Source: Malacoraja senta
Lineage: Eukaryota
Length of the DNA stretch: 64,000 nt
Assembly: GCA_038087875.1 (NCBI GenBank)
Contig: CM075987.1
Coordinates: 26,042,001-26,106,000 of the forward strand
Reading direction: 5' to 3'
Every line of letters begins with the position of its first letter. Within the stretch, counting starts at the first letter, position 1. A program made the position numbers and the translations under genes. Shown here in pieces: positions 37,615-49,197 of the stretch. Under the pieces are notes generated by a model. It searched no databases. It worked only from the letters and a program-made list of their open reading frames with translations, and was not told where the DNA came from.

Positions 37615-37942
37615 TCTTTCTGTCCTAGGCCTCCTCCATGGCCAGAGTGAGTCCCACCGCAAATTGGAGTAGCATCACCTCAAATTTTGCTTGGGTGGTT
37701 TACACCCCAGCGGTATGAACATTGACTTCTCCAATTTCAGGTAGTCCTTGCTTCCTCCCTCCTTCCCCTCCCCTTCCCAGCTCTCCCACAGCCCACTGTC
37801 TCCGCCTCTTCCCATCTTCTTCCCGCCCCCCCCCCCCCCCCGACATTAGTCTGAAGAAGGGTCTCGACCCGAAATGTCGCCCGTTCCTTCGTTCCATAGA
37901 TGCTGCCTCACCTGCTGAGTTTCTCCAGCATTTGTGTCTACC
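37615..37942 (+). mobile_element. Penelope-like 3' fragment, second subfamily
   Basis: LSVLGLLHGQSESHRKL..LHPSGMNIDFSNFR* then CTGAAGAAGGGTCTCGACCCGAAA on the same strand. Confidence 0.8.
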
Positions 37943-37985
37943 TCCCATCTACTGTACCTCACTGGAGACCTTTGAACTATGTATA

Positions 37986-38720
37986 AGTCAAGTCAAGTCA
38001 AGTCACATTTATTTCTATAGCACATTTAAAAAACAACTCTCGTTGGCCAAAGTGCTTTACATTTGTTATAAGAATAGCACAAACAAACAAACTACATACA
38101 TATATACATGTAGCCCTCGCTCAGAGGACGTCAAGAAAGGCTTGGGAGTATAGATACGTTTTTAGTCTTGACTTAAAGGAGTCGATGGAGGGGGCAGTTC
38201 TGATGGGAAAGGGGATGCTGTTCCACAGTCTAGGAGCTGCAACCGCAAAGGCCCGGTCGCCCCTGAGCTTATGCCTAGACCGCGGGATATTCAGCAACCC
38301 CAAGTCGGCCGATCTGAGGGACCTGGAGGTGGAGTGGTGGGTGAGAAGACTTTTAATGTAGGTGGGGGGGCAAGCCCATTGAGGGCTTTGTAGACATGGA
38401 GGAGGATCTTGAAATGTATACAGAACCGCACAGGGAGCCAGTGGAGAGAGGCCAGGATCGGGGTGATGTGGTCCCTTTTTCGGGTGCCCGTCAGGAGTCT
38501 CGCTGCGGCGTTTTGGACCAGTTGCAGGCGGGACAGGGAAGATTGGCTGATGCCAGTGTAAAGGGAGTTGCAGTAATCTAGGCGGGAGGAGATGAATGTG
38601 TGGATGATCTTTTCGAGGTCATCAAAGTGGAGGAATTGTTTTATTTTAGCTATCGTCCGAAGCTGAAAGAAGCTAGCTTTTACCACGGCATTGACTTGTT
38701 TGTCAAATTTCAGTGCTGAC
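37986..38720 (-). mobile_element. L2 LINE 3' fragment, same young family as 31604-34700
   Basis: ISSRLDYCNSL, QLVQNAAARLL, HITPILASLHWLPV; same tail. Confidence 0.92.
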
Positions 38721-39130
38721 TTCATTTTGCACTAAATGTCATACCCTTCATCCTTTATCTGCAAACTGTGGACAGCTTGATTGTAATCATGTAATGTCTT
38801 TTATTTGACTGGATAGCATGCAAACAAACGCTTTTCACCGGTACTCCGATAGGCGTGACTATAATAAACTAACCTAAATAAACCTGTATTCATGCAGTAA
38901 TGACAAATACAGTGACAAAATAGCAGAAAAGTGCTAGATTGTAGTGTAATCCGAAGAGGTACAAAACAAAATTAAAGTTCAATGACGGAATAACTAAATC
39001 TTATGCTTTTTCCTTTTGCTTTCTAATCCCTCTTTCATTTTAGTTAATTTAGTTTTGTTTCGAGATACGGCGCGGTAACAGGTCCTTTGGCCCACCGAGT
39101 CCGCACCGACCAGCGATCCCCGCACATTAA

Positions 39131-41264
39131 GTCAAGTCAAGTCAAGTGAGTTTATTGTCATGTGTCCCTGATAGGACAATGAAATTCTTGCTTTGCTGCA
39201 GCACAACAGAACATAGTAGGCATTGACTACAAGGCATTCTATAAATATATACACAATGGTCAATATACTGATAAAGTGCAAATAACAGTATTGGCTAATA
39301 AAGTTCAGTGTTATGTCCGAGCCAGGTTTAATAGCCTAATGGCTGTGGGGAAGTAGGTATTCCTGAACTTGGTCGTTGCAGTCTTCAGGCTCCTGTACCT
39401 TCTACCTGAATGTAGCAGGGAGATGAGTGTGTGGCCAGGATGGTGTGGGTCCTTGATGATGCTGCCAGCCTTTTTGAGGCAGCGACTGTGATAGATCCCC
39501 TCGATGGAAGGGAGGTCAGAGCCGATGATGGACTGGGCAGTGTTTACTACTTTTTGTAGTCTTTTCCTCTCCAGGGCACTCAAGTTGCCGAACCAAGCCA
39601 CGATGCAACCGGTCAGCATGCTCTCTACTGTGCACCTGTAGAAGTTAGAGAGAGTCCTCCTTGACAAACCGACTCTCCGTAATCTTCTCAGGAAGTAGAG
39701 GCGCTGATGTGCTTTCTTAATAATGGCATCAGTGTTCTCGGACCAGGAAAGATCTTCAGAGATGTGCACGCCCAGGAATTTGAAGCTCTTGACCCTTTCA
39801 ACCATCGACCCGTTGATATAAACAGGTCTGTGGGTCCCCATCCTACTCCTTCCAAAGTCCACAATCAGTTCCTTGGTTTTGCTGGTGTTGAGGGCCAGGT
39901 TATTGTGCTGGCACCATATGGACAGTTGCTCGATCTCTCTTCTATACTCTGACTCATCACCATCAGTGATACGTCCCACAACAGTGGTGTCGTCAGCGAA
40001 CTTGATGATGGAGTTCGCACTATGTCCGGCTACGCAGTCATGAGTATAGAGTGAGTACAGCAGGGGGCTGAGCACGCCGCCTTGAGGTGCTCCCTTGCTA
40101 ATTGTTATCGAGTCTGACACATTTCCACCAATACGAACAGACTGTGGTCTGAGAGTGAGGAAGTTGAGGATCCAATTGCAGAGGGATGCGCAGAGACCCA
40201 GTTCTGCCAGTTTGGTAACCAGCTTGGAGGCGATGATTGTGTTGAATGCCGAGCTGTAATCGATGAATAACAGCCTGACATATGAGTTTTTGTTGTCCAA
40301 GTGGTCCAGAGCGAAGTGGAGGGCCAGCGAGATCGCATCCACCGTTGATCTGTTGTGGCGGTAAGCAAACTGCAGTGGGTCCAGGTTTTTGTCGAGGTAG
40401 GAGTTGATCTGCGTCATGATCAACCTCTCAAAGCACTTCATCACCTCAAGCGTTAGTGCCACAGGTCGATAGTCATTGAGGCACGTCACCTTACTCTTCT
40501 TGGGCACTGGTATAATTGATGCCCTTTTGAAGCAGGTGGGAACCTCAGGCCTCAGAAGTGAGAGGTTGAAAATGTCCGTAAAAACTCCAGCCAGTTGGTC
40601 CGCACAGGTTTTTAGAACACGACCAGGTATACCATCAGGTCCAGGCGCTTTTCGAGGGTTCACCCCTCTGAAGGATTTCCTGACGTCGGCCTCTGTGACT
40701 GAGACTGAAATACCATCACAGCGAATGGGGGCTCGGCAAGTCACATCGGTGTTCTCCCTATCAAAGCGTGCGTAAAACGCATTGAGCTCATCATGGAGTG
40801 ATGTTTCGCCGACATTCGAGCTGCCTCCTGATTTCACCTTGTAAGAGGTGATTGCATTCAGGCCCTGCCACAGCCGCCGAACATCTGTCTCTTCCTCCAG
40901 TTTGGAGCAGAAGTCCCTTTTGGCCTTTTTGATGGCCTTACCAAGGTCGTATCTGGACTTCTTGTAGGCCACTGTATCATCAGACATGAATGCCCGGTGT
41001 CTGGACTTCAGAAGAGTGCGGATCTCAAAGTTTATCCAAGGTTTCTGATTGGGAAACGCTCGGAAGGTTTTGGTGGGGATGCAGTCCTCCACACATTTCT
41101 TAATGAAGTCTATAACGACTGTGGCGTATTCGTTCAGGTCCGTAGCCGAGCCCTTGAATATTGCCCAGTCTACAGACTCCAAACAGTCCTGGAGTTGTTC
41201 CTCTGCCCCCACCTCCCCGACCAGCTCTGTACTGTCGGGGGGGGGGGAGGGGGGGGGGCAGAGG
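39131..41264 (-). mobile_element. Rex1/Babar LINE, 5'-truncated, inserted into an HE1-type SINE (39040-41508)
   Basis: 9-bp TSD GCACATTAA (39122-39130, 41265-41273); (CTTGA)n tail. Confidence 0.92.
39311..41212 (-). CDS. Rex1 reverse transcriptase open frame, 633 aa, no endonuclease domain or true start
   Basis: KAPGPDGI, NDYRPVALT, QFAYRHNRST, FIDYSSAFNTI, GAPQGGVLSPLL, KFADDTT, FKFLGVHI. Confidence 0.85.
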   Translation of the reverse strand: MGAEEQLQDCLESVDWAIFKGSATDLNEYATVVIDFIKKCVEDCIPTKTFRAFPNQKPWINFEIRTLLKSRHRAFMSDDTVAYKKSRYDLGKAIKKAKRDFCSKLEEETDVRRLWQGLNAITSYKVKSGGSSNVGETSLHDELNAFYARFDRENTDVTCRAPIRCDGISVSVTEADVRKSFRGVNPRKAPGPDGIPGRVLKTCADQLAGVFTDIFNLSLLRPEVPTCFKRASIIPVPKKSKVTCLNDYRPVALTLEVMKCFERLIMTQINSYLDKNLDPLQFAYRHNRSTVDAISLALHFALDHLDNKNSYVRLLFIDYSSAFNTIIASKLVTKLAELGLCASLCNWILNFLTLRPQSVRIGGNVSDSITISKGAPQGGVLSPLLYSLYTHDCVAGHSANSIIKFADDTTVVGRITDGDESEYRREIEQLSIWCQHNNLALNTSKTKELIVDFGRSRMGTHRPVYINGSMVERVKSFKFLGVHISEDLSWSENTDAIIKKAHQRLYFLRRLRRVGLSRRTLSNFYRCTVESMLTGCIVAWFGNLSALERKRLQKVVNTAQSIIGSDLPSIEGIYHSRCLKKAGSIIKDPHHPGHTLISLLHSGRRYRSLKTATTKFRNTYFPTAIRLLNLART

Positions 41265-43152
41265 GCACATTAACACTATCCTACACACACACACACATTG
41301 GGACAATTTACAATTACACCAAGCCAATTCACCTGCAAACCTTTACGTCTTTGGAGTGTGGGAGGAAACCGGAGTTCCTGGAGAAAACCCACGCAGGTCA
41401 CGGGGAGAACGTACAAACTCCGCACAGACAGCGCCCGTAGTGAGGATCGAACCCCTGTCTCTGGTGCTGCAAGGCATCAACTCTACCGCCGCACCACCGT
41501 GCCGCCCAATGGTGATACTTATCGATAAACTCATTGGCCTCAAACTGCTGATGTGCTGAATTTCAAACTATTTGGCTGGCGTTTTTATTCTCCGCTTTTG
41601 ATATAAATTTCAAAAATGGTTAAATTAAATGAATCGCAAGGAATAGCTTGTCTATTCATATTAATGCCCCTTCACTCAGACTTATGATGTTCAGTTCATG
41701 TTACTCCATATTCTTATTAGATTTCAATTTTCTTAAACAATCTCCAGCTTGTCAAATTCCAATTTTATTTTAGCAACCAATAGGTTATCATAGTCAGACG
41801 TCAGATATCGGTTTCCATTTTTTCTTTACACATGTACAATTAAGGTGTTTTCAAAGGAGTGCGCAAGTGTTACAGGAATTATTGGCTCCTGTCCAAGAGG
41901 AGATAATGAGGTGGTATAGACAATAGACAATAGGTGCAGGAGTAGGCCATTCGGCCCTTCGAGCCAGCACCGCCATTCAATGTGATCATGGCTGATCATC
42001 CACAATCAGTACCTCGTTCCTGCCTTCTCCCCATATCCCCTGACCAGCGACCCCCCCACACTTACACTACCCTACACGCACTATGGAGGATTTACAATTT
42101 TACCAAAGCCAATAGACCTACAACCCTGTACGCCTTTGGAGTGTGGGAAGAAACCGGAGCACCTGGTGAAAACCCACGCAGCTCCATAGTCATGAAGGAA
42201 CCCAGGTCTCTGGTGCTGTAAGGCAGCAACCGTGACGCCCCTGTGTTTGCACTAGGTGCCGCCTAGTTCAGGTTGCAGGCGAGCTGTATTCACCATGTAC
42301 GCACTTTGTGTAGATTTCCCAGATGAAACTTCGTCGAAGATACCAACTGCATCTCAAGTTTATTTTTTGGCTACAACCCAATGCCAGAGAGGGAGAGTGG
42401 AAGTTGATACTGACAATGCACATCCATCACTGATGTTAGCTAGCTATCAGGCCTAGTCGACTGTCAAATCCATCATTCAAATTTGTCGTTCAATATCTCG
42501 CTAGAACATTTCAAACTTAAATTATTAAAAAATGATTGCACCTGTAAATCTGTTAAGATATTAAAGATATTTAAAAAAACATAAAATCTATCATTTTGTA
42601 TCTCTTAAAAACAATTAAAACATTTTTAGTAGACTCAAACTATTGAAATGTGCACATTATCTTTAGTTTCTGCAATTATTTCTCTCCATTAAAAAAAAAA
42701 TAATGGTTCTGTTCCTCTATTGAATCTAACTGTGGAGGAGGCATTTTTGATGGCTCGATTGATTGAAAGGTACAGCATGGGAACAGGCTCCTCAGCCCAA
42801 CAAGTCCATGCCGATCATCAACCACCCATTCACACTATGTGCAGGAAGGAACTGCAGGTGCTGGTTTAATCCGAAGATAGACACAAAACGATGGAGCAAC
42901 TCAGCGGGACGGGCAGCACCTCTGGAGAGAAGGAATGGGTGACGTTTTGGGTCGAGACCCTTCTTCAAACTGCGAGTCAGGGGTAACGGAGACTAGAGAT
43001 ATATGAAAGGGCATGGTGTGAAAACGACAGATCAAAGCAGATGGTGAGCAAGGAAATGTAGAATGTGTCATTGCTGGCTGAGGGGGAGGTGGCAACAAGG
43101 CATGCAGTGAGCAAACTTGATCAGCAGGACAGCGAAACTAGTCTGAGAACTA

Positions 43153-43357
43153 GTAGACAAAAAATGCTGGAGAAACTCAGCGGGTGAGGCAGCATCTAAG
43201 GAGAAAAGGAATAGGTGATTTCGTGTTGATACCCTTCTTCTCGACTTGAAACGTCACCTACTCCTTTTGTCCTTTGATGCTGCCTCACTCGCTGAGTTTC
43301 TCCAGCATTTTTTGTCTACTCTAGATTTTTCCAGCATCTGCAGTTCCTTCTTCAACA
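43153..43357. mobile_element. Penelope-derived fold-back nested in a longer Penelope fragment (42838-43720)
   Basis: Inverted arms; TSD GTC(T/A)GAGAAC(T/C)A at 43141-43152 and 43358-43369. Confidence 0.75.
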
Positions 43358-46277
43358 GTCAGAGAACCAAGAGAGGGGGGGAGGGACGGAGAGAGAGGGA
43401 CTGCAAAGGTTACTTGAAGTTAGTGAAATCAATATTTATTTTATCATTCTTTATCCCTTTTCCTGTTTCATTTATCAGCGTTACTGTTTTGCATCTTTCA
43501 TTCATTTGTTCTGTATCTCCCTACATCACCGTCTATATCTCTCATTTCCCTTTCCCCTGACTCTCAGTCTGAAGATGGGTCTCGACCCAAAACGTCACCC
43601 ATTCCTTTTCTCCAGTGATGCCGTCTGGCCCGCTGAGTTACTCCAGCTTGTTGTGTCGATCTCCAATATTCATACAACTGAGATGTACTTTAAGCTGCCC
43701 AAGTGAAATGTGAGATGCTGTTATGCCCAGTGTTCACTTTGCCTTGCTTGCTCTCCACCTTGCCCTATACTCAATTGAGACTCTACTTCTAGAGGAAATG
43801 TGACTGGCGACAACATATCGAGCTTTTGCCACCAATTGCGGACCGAATGACAACATTTTTATCCAACTATGAACCTGCAGATGTCATGTGCAGTTAACTG
43901 GACTGGAAGTAAAATAACCCACTCTCATGATGGGCAGCCTGTATAATCTAGACTGAATCGGGATGTCTTGGCTATGGGACGCAGTGGGATCGAATAACTT
44001 GTGTTACCTGTTAATGTCAGAGAGTGATAGGAATCCTATTTTCACGAGCTGCAGTGTAATTACCTTTTAGAGAGATGCTGGAGTATAAATATGCCACGTT
44101 TGATGGGATTCCATTTTGCACGGAGGCTGGGAAAATTTCACCTGTCAGACATGGCGTAGAACTAAGAAAACTGCCTTTGCAATACCCAGTAATTGAATTT
44201 GTCAGTTGCATGAGACCGATCTCATTGTTTCTCATTGCCTGAAACTCATGTCACCACCTGCTTGTTCAAAATTATTATTTTTTATCATTTGTGATGAATC
44301 TTCGTGATGAAATGTGAAAATATATTAGGTTCATCGGGTTTTGTGAATACTGCTAATCGCAGTAAATGACAGCGCGGTGGCCCAGCGGTAGAGTTGCTGC
44401 CTTGCAGTGCTTACAGCGTTGGAGGCACGGGTTCAATCCCGACGATGGGTGCTGTCCGTACGGAGTTTGTACGTTCTCCCCGTGATCTGCGTGGGTTTTC
44501 TCCGAGATCTTCGGTTGCTTTCCACACTCCAAAGACGTACAGGTTTGTAGGTTAATTGGCTTGGTTTAAATGTAAATTGTCCCTCTTGCCCTTTGGTCCA
44601 CAGAGTCCGCGCCGACCAGCGATCCCCGCACATTAACACTATCCTACACACACACTAGGGACAATTAACAAACCCACTGTCACCAAAAAATGTTCAACAT
44701 GTTGAAAATTTTGCAGCAGCCAGAAAGACACTACCACTCTTTGGGCGACTGAGGAGACGACTCACGACCAGACTGGTGACACCCTGGCGACCACCAACGA
44801 ACATGTGACGACAGCCAAATCGCCTGTAGTCACCCAAAAAGTCACCTCAGTGGGACAGGCCCATAAGGGATTGTGTTGAGAAGGGACTCTGAAACTGCTT
44901 GACGTTTATGCAATATGTGCAACTTTGCAGGTGGAGCAGACTAAATGTGTAGGAAGGAACTGCAGAAGCTGGTTCACACTGAAGATAGACGCAAAATGCT
45001 GGGGTAACTCAGCGGGATAGACGGCATCTCTGGAGAGAAGGAATGGGTGACGTTTCGTGTCGAGACCCTTCTTCAGACTGAGAGTCAGGGGAAAGGGAGA
45101 CGAGAGATATAGACAGCACCCATCCCTTCTCTCCGGAGATGCCGCCTGGCCCGCTGAGTTACTCCAGCATTTTGTGTCTATCTTCAGTGTAAACCAGCAC
45201 CTGCAGTTCCTTCCTACAACATAGGATTTAACTTTGTTTCTGAAGAAAGGTTCTCGATCTGAACCATTAACTCTCTCTCTCACTTCTCATGTATTGCAGA
45301 GTCTCCTGAGAATTTTCAGCATTTTCTATCTATTTTGCATATTCATAGCATGAGCAGTTCTTTGTATTTGTAACAAGGATTTGATTCCTCAGTCATTTCG
45401 TTTTTACATTTTAACCATTTCAGATGTTGCCGTTTTTGTTTTGATAAACCGTTGCTAATAAATCATATTAATTTGAAATGGGCAATTGTACCTAACCTTT
45501 CTCTTCCCCTTTTACCCTCTTTATTCAGACCCTGTATCCTTCCTTCCAGCTTCCTTCACTATTACTGCTTTTGACCTGTGGCTCATCATTGGCTTTCTTT
45601 GCTCCTCAATCAAGGCACAGCGTTAGCTCTCTGTTCCATTCCTGGGCTTGAATCACCAGATTGAAGCCTAAACTTCGTATATTAAGGTCATAAGGTCACC
45701 AGAGATATGAGTAGAATTAGGCCATTCAGCCCATCAAGTCTACTCTGCCATTCAATCATGGCTGGTCTATCACTCCCTCCAAACCCCATTCTCCTGCCTT
45801 CTCCCCAAACACTCTGATACCTGTACTAATCAAGAATCTATCTATGTCTGCCTTAAAAATATCCACTGACTTGACCTCCACAGCTTTCTGTGGCAAAGAA
45901 TTCCACAGATTCACCACCCTCAGATTAAAGAAATTCCTCCTCATCTCCTTTCTTCCTAAAAGAACGTCCTTTCATACTGAAGACACGAATGATCTCTTTT
46001 TAATTAAATTCCCCTCCCAATTTCTCGAGCTCCCTGTGAATAATGTCACAGAAGTCTAACAGTAGCTTATTAAGTTCCAATGTGTAAGAAGGAACTGCAG
46101 ATGCTGGTTTACACCGAAGATAGACACAAAAAGCTGGAGTAACTCTGCGGGACAAGCAGCGTCTCTGGATAGAAAAATCCGTGACGTTTTGGGTCGAGAC
46201 CCTTCATCAGACTGAGAGTCAGGGGAAAGGGAAACACTTAATATAGACGAGACATAGAACAGGTGAGTGAAAGATAT

Positions 46278-46477
46278 NNNNNNNNNNNNNNNNNNNNNNN
46301 NNNNNNNNNNNNNNNNNNNNNNNNNNNNNNNNNNNNNNNNNNNNNNNNNNNNNNNNNNNNNNNNNNNNNNNNNNNNNNNNNNNNNNNNNNNNNNNNNNNN
46401 NNNNNNNNNNNNNNNNNNNNNNNNNNNNNNNNNNNNNNNNNNNNNNNNNNNNNNNNNNNNNNNNNNNNNNNNNNNNN
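46278..46477. other. Assembly gap (200 N)
   Basis: Run of exactly 200 N, a typical scaffold placeholder. Confidence 0.99.
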
Positions 46478-48004
46478 TTTGTACGTTCTCCCTGTGACCA
46501 CGTGGGTTTGAAGAGTGGGTCGCGACCCGAAACGTCACCCAATCCTTCTCTCCAGAGATGCTGCCTGTCCCGCTGAGTTGCTCCAGCATTTTGCGTCTAT
46601 CCAACTCGAAGGTTATGAGTTCACTTTCCTTTCAAAGCCAGCTGTGCAAACAGTCGGCACATCTCTTCAATTCTTGTTCCAGGAGTCTATTATCTTGGAA
46701 CAACTCCAATTGATTCAGTGACATCCCTCAGGGAGGGGAAGACGGTCCTGTGACCTGACCTGACTTTTCAGCGCACTTTGTAGTTGTCACTTAATGTTGC
46801 CGTGTGTTGCTGACCAAGACTTGGTCAATTCCATTTGCTCCATCATTGATTCGGTCAGTAGGTTCAGTTCAGTTTTTAAAACATGAGGCGCAGGGCACAG
46901 AGATGGCAGCGCACACACACTAATAGACGACTTGAAGACTGCAGCAGTGGTGAACTGAGAGCCCACACGATTTGGAACGTGGAATTGTTCAGCAAGTTCC
47001 TCTGATTGAAAATACACTGCCTGAGATTGGGGTCGCGCCGCAGGTCAGGAGAGTGGGAGAGGGAAGCTGGAGCTATTGATGTTCGCAGGGAGGGAGGGGA
47101 AAGGAATTGCCGGTGAAGAAGATCAGTGCTCAGTCCGCCTGGGCCTGCCTGATCTCCCGGTGCCAAACACTTTCTCTCCCCCTTCCATTCCCACACTGGT
47201 CTTTCTGTCCTGGGCCTCCTCCACTGTCAGAGTGAGGCCCAGCGCATATTGGAGGAACAGCATCTCATATTTCGCTTGGGCAGCTTACACCCCAGCGGTA
47301 TGATCAGGGCAGTCATGGTGGCGCAGCGGTAGAGTTACTGCCTTACAGCAAAATGCAACGCCGGGGACCCGGGTTCGATCCCGACTGCGGACGCTGTCTG
47401 TACGGAGTTTGTACGTTCTCCCGTGACCTGCGTGGGTTTTCTCCGAGATCTTCGGTTTCCTCCACACTCCAAAGACGTGCAGGTTTGTAGAATAATTGGC
47501 TTGATAAAAATGTAAAAATTGTCCGGTGTAAAATTGTCCAACTTCCAGTATAGTCCCTGGTGACTCTTCGGAAGGTACAAGATACATTGAGTTCAACTCA
47601 AGTAACCCCGGCATCCCCACTCCCACCCAAGTCATCATTCCAGTTTCAAAATCATCCTGATGAGTCTCATTGTCGGTAACTCATTTTCACCTCGTCCACA
47701 CCGAACAACGTCCTGTTTCCTTTATCATCGTTACTTTCTTGCATATCTTTCATTCATTTGTTCTACATCACCGTCTATATCTCTCGTTTCCCTTATCCCT
47801 AACCAGTCTGAGGAAGGGTCTCGAGCCGAAACGTCACCCATTCCTTCTCTCCAGAGATGTTGCCTGTCCCGCGGAGTTACTCCAGCTTTTTGTGTCTATC
47901 TTGACTCTATACCTGTTTGTTTTCCATGAGATATTTAATCTTCAGTAGCTGATCTGCTGGACACTTTATTGGTAAGTCAGTAGTTGTTTCTCCCTGTCTT
48001 GTAA

Positions 48005-48835
48005 AGCCCCTGTCCCACTTTCACCACCTAATTCACGACCTCTGCCGAGTTTGCCCTTGACTCATACTCGCAGCATGGTCGTAGGTAGGCCGTAGCAGGC
48101 CATGATGCTAGTCGTAGGCAGGGGCGGATAAACCCAGGGGGGCCAGAGTGGACACATCCCCCCCCCATGTTTTGAGAGGTGGGGACATCCCCCCCAAGTT
48201 TTTGTGATCCCGATTTGAAAATCTCCGCTTTCCGCGAGACAGTGGGGGTGGGACTGCTGATCGAGGGCGCGATGATTGGAGGAGGGAGGAGTGGGGGGAC
48301 TGAGGATAGAGCGCGCGATTGGAGGAGGGTGACGTGGCACAGACCTGCGCCTCATCCGCAGGCAGGATCGATCCCGGCCGGGTCTCCGGCGCTGTGCCGA
48401 GTGCCCCCCCCCCACCCCGCGGGTGGCCAGAGAGGTCGGGGGTCAGACGCGAGCTGTACCCCCAGGCCCACAGCCAGCGCAGAGAAACAGCACTAAACCC
48501 AGCTCGCTCTGCCTGTCCCGCCAAGTGAACCTGCCGGACTTGCGGGAAATATGGCCAGCGCGGAGAAGTAGCGCTGGTGTCCTTCAGTCCAGCCAGGGCT
48601 GTAGACTAACCCGGTGAGACAGGCAGAGTTGAGCTGTATTTAGCGCTGGATTGAGCCTCCGAAGCCTCGCGCGCGTGTGTGTCCCCCGTCCCCTCCATGT
48701 TTTGATAGCGAGTTCCCGCTCTTGGTCGTAGGTACTCGTGGCATCAAGTAGGTCGGGGAGTTTTTAATAGCATGATGAAAAATGTCCACGAGTAAAAAAG
48801 GTGGTGAATTAGATCGTGAAAGTGGTACAGGCCCT
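48005..48835. mobile_element. Harbinger-like MITE hosting a hAT MITE
   Basis: TIRs AGCCCCTGTCCCACTTTCAC / GTGAAAGTGGTACAGGCCCT; flanks TAA/TAT. Confidence 0.75.
48119..48724 (+). mobile_element. hAT-superfamily MITE, copy 2
   Basis: Ends CAGGGGCGGA...TCCCGCTCTTG; perfect 8-bp TSD GTCGTAGG (48111-48118, 48725-48732). Confidence 0.85.
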
Positions 48836-48888
48836 TATCATGTATATGGCAAAGTCATTTGAAGAGCAGGTATCCTTTAAGACCATTT

Positions 48889-49197
48889 GGCGGCACCGTG
48901 GCGCAGCGGGTAGAGTTGCTGCCTCACAGCACCAGATACCCAGGTTCGATCCTGACTACGGGTGCAGTCTGTACGAAGTTTGTACGTTCTCCCCGTCACC
49001 TGCGTGGGTTTTCTCTGGATCTTCAGTGTCCACCCACACTCCAAAGACGTACAGTTTTGCAGGTTAATTGGCTTGGTATAATTGTAAATTGTCCCTGGCG
49101 TGTCTAGGATAGTGTTCATGTGCGGGGTTTGCTGGTCGGCGCGGACTCGGTGGGCCGAAGGGCCTGTTTCCGCGCTGTATCTCTAACCTAAACTAAA
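48889..49197 (+). mobile_element. HE1-type SINE, full length
   Basis: A and B boxes, V core, CTAAA tail. Confidence 0.9.

Noticed and set aside
46081..46600. Apparent Penelope fold-back spanning the N run
   Set aside because: Arms are on different sides of an assembly gap; true distance and adjacency unknown
46683..46753. Candidate exon reading VYYLGTTPIDSVTSLREGKTVL after TTCCAG
   Set aside because: No good donor site, in-frame stop, not recognised
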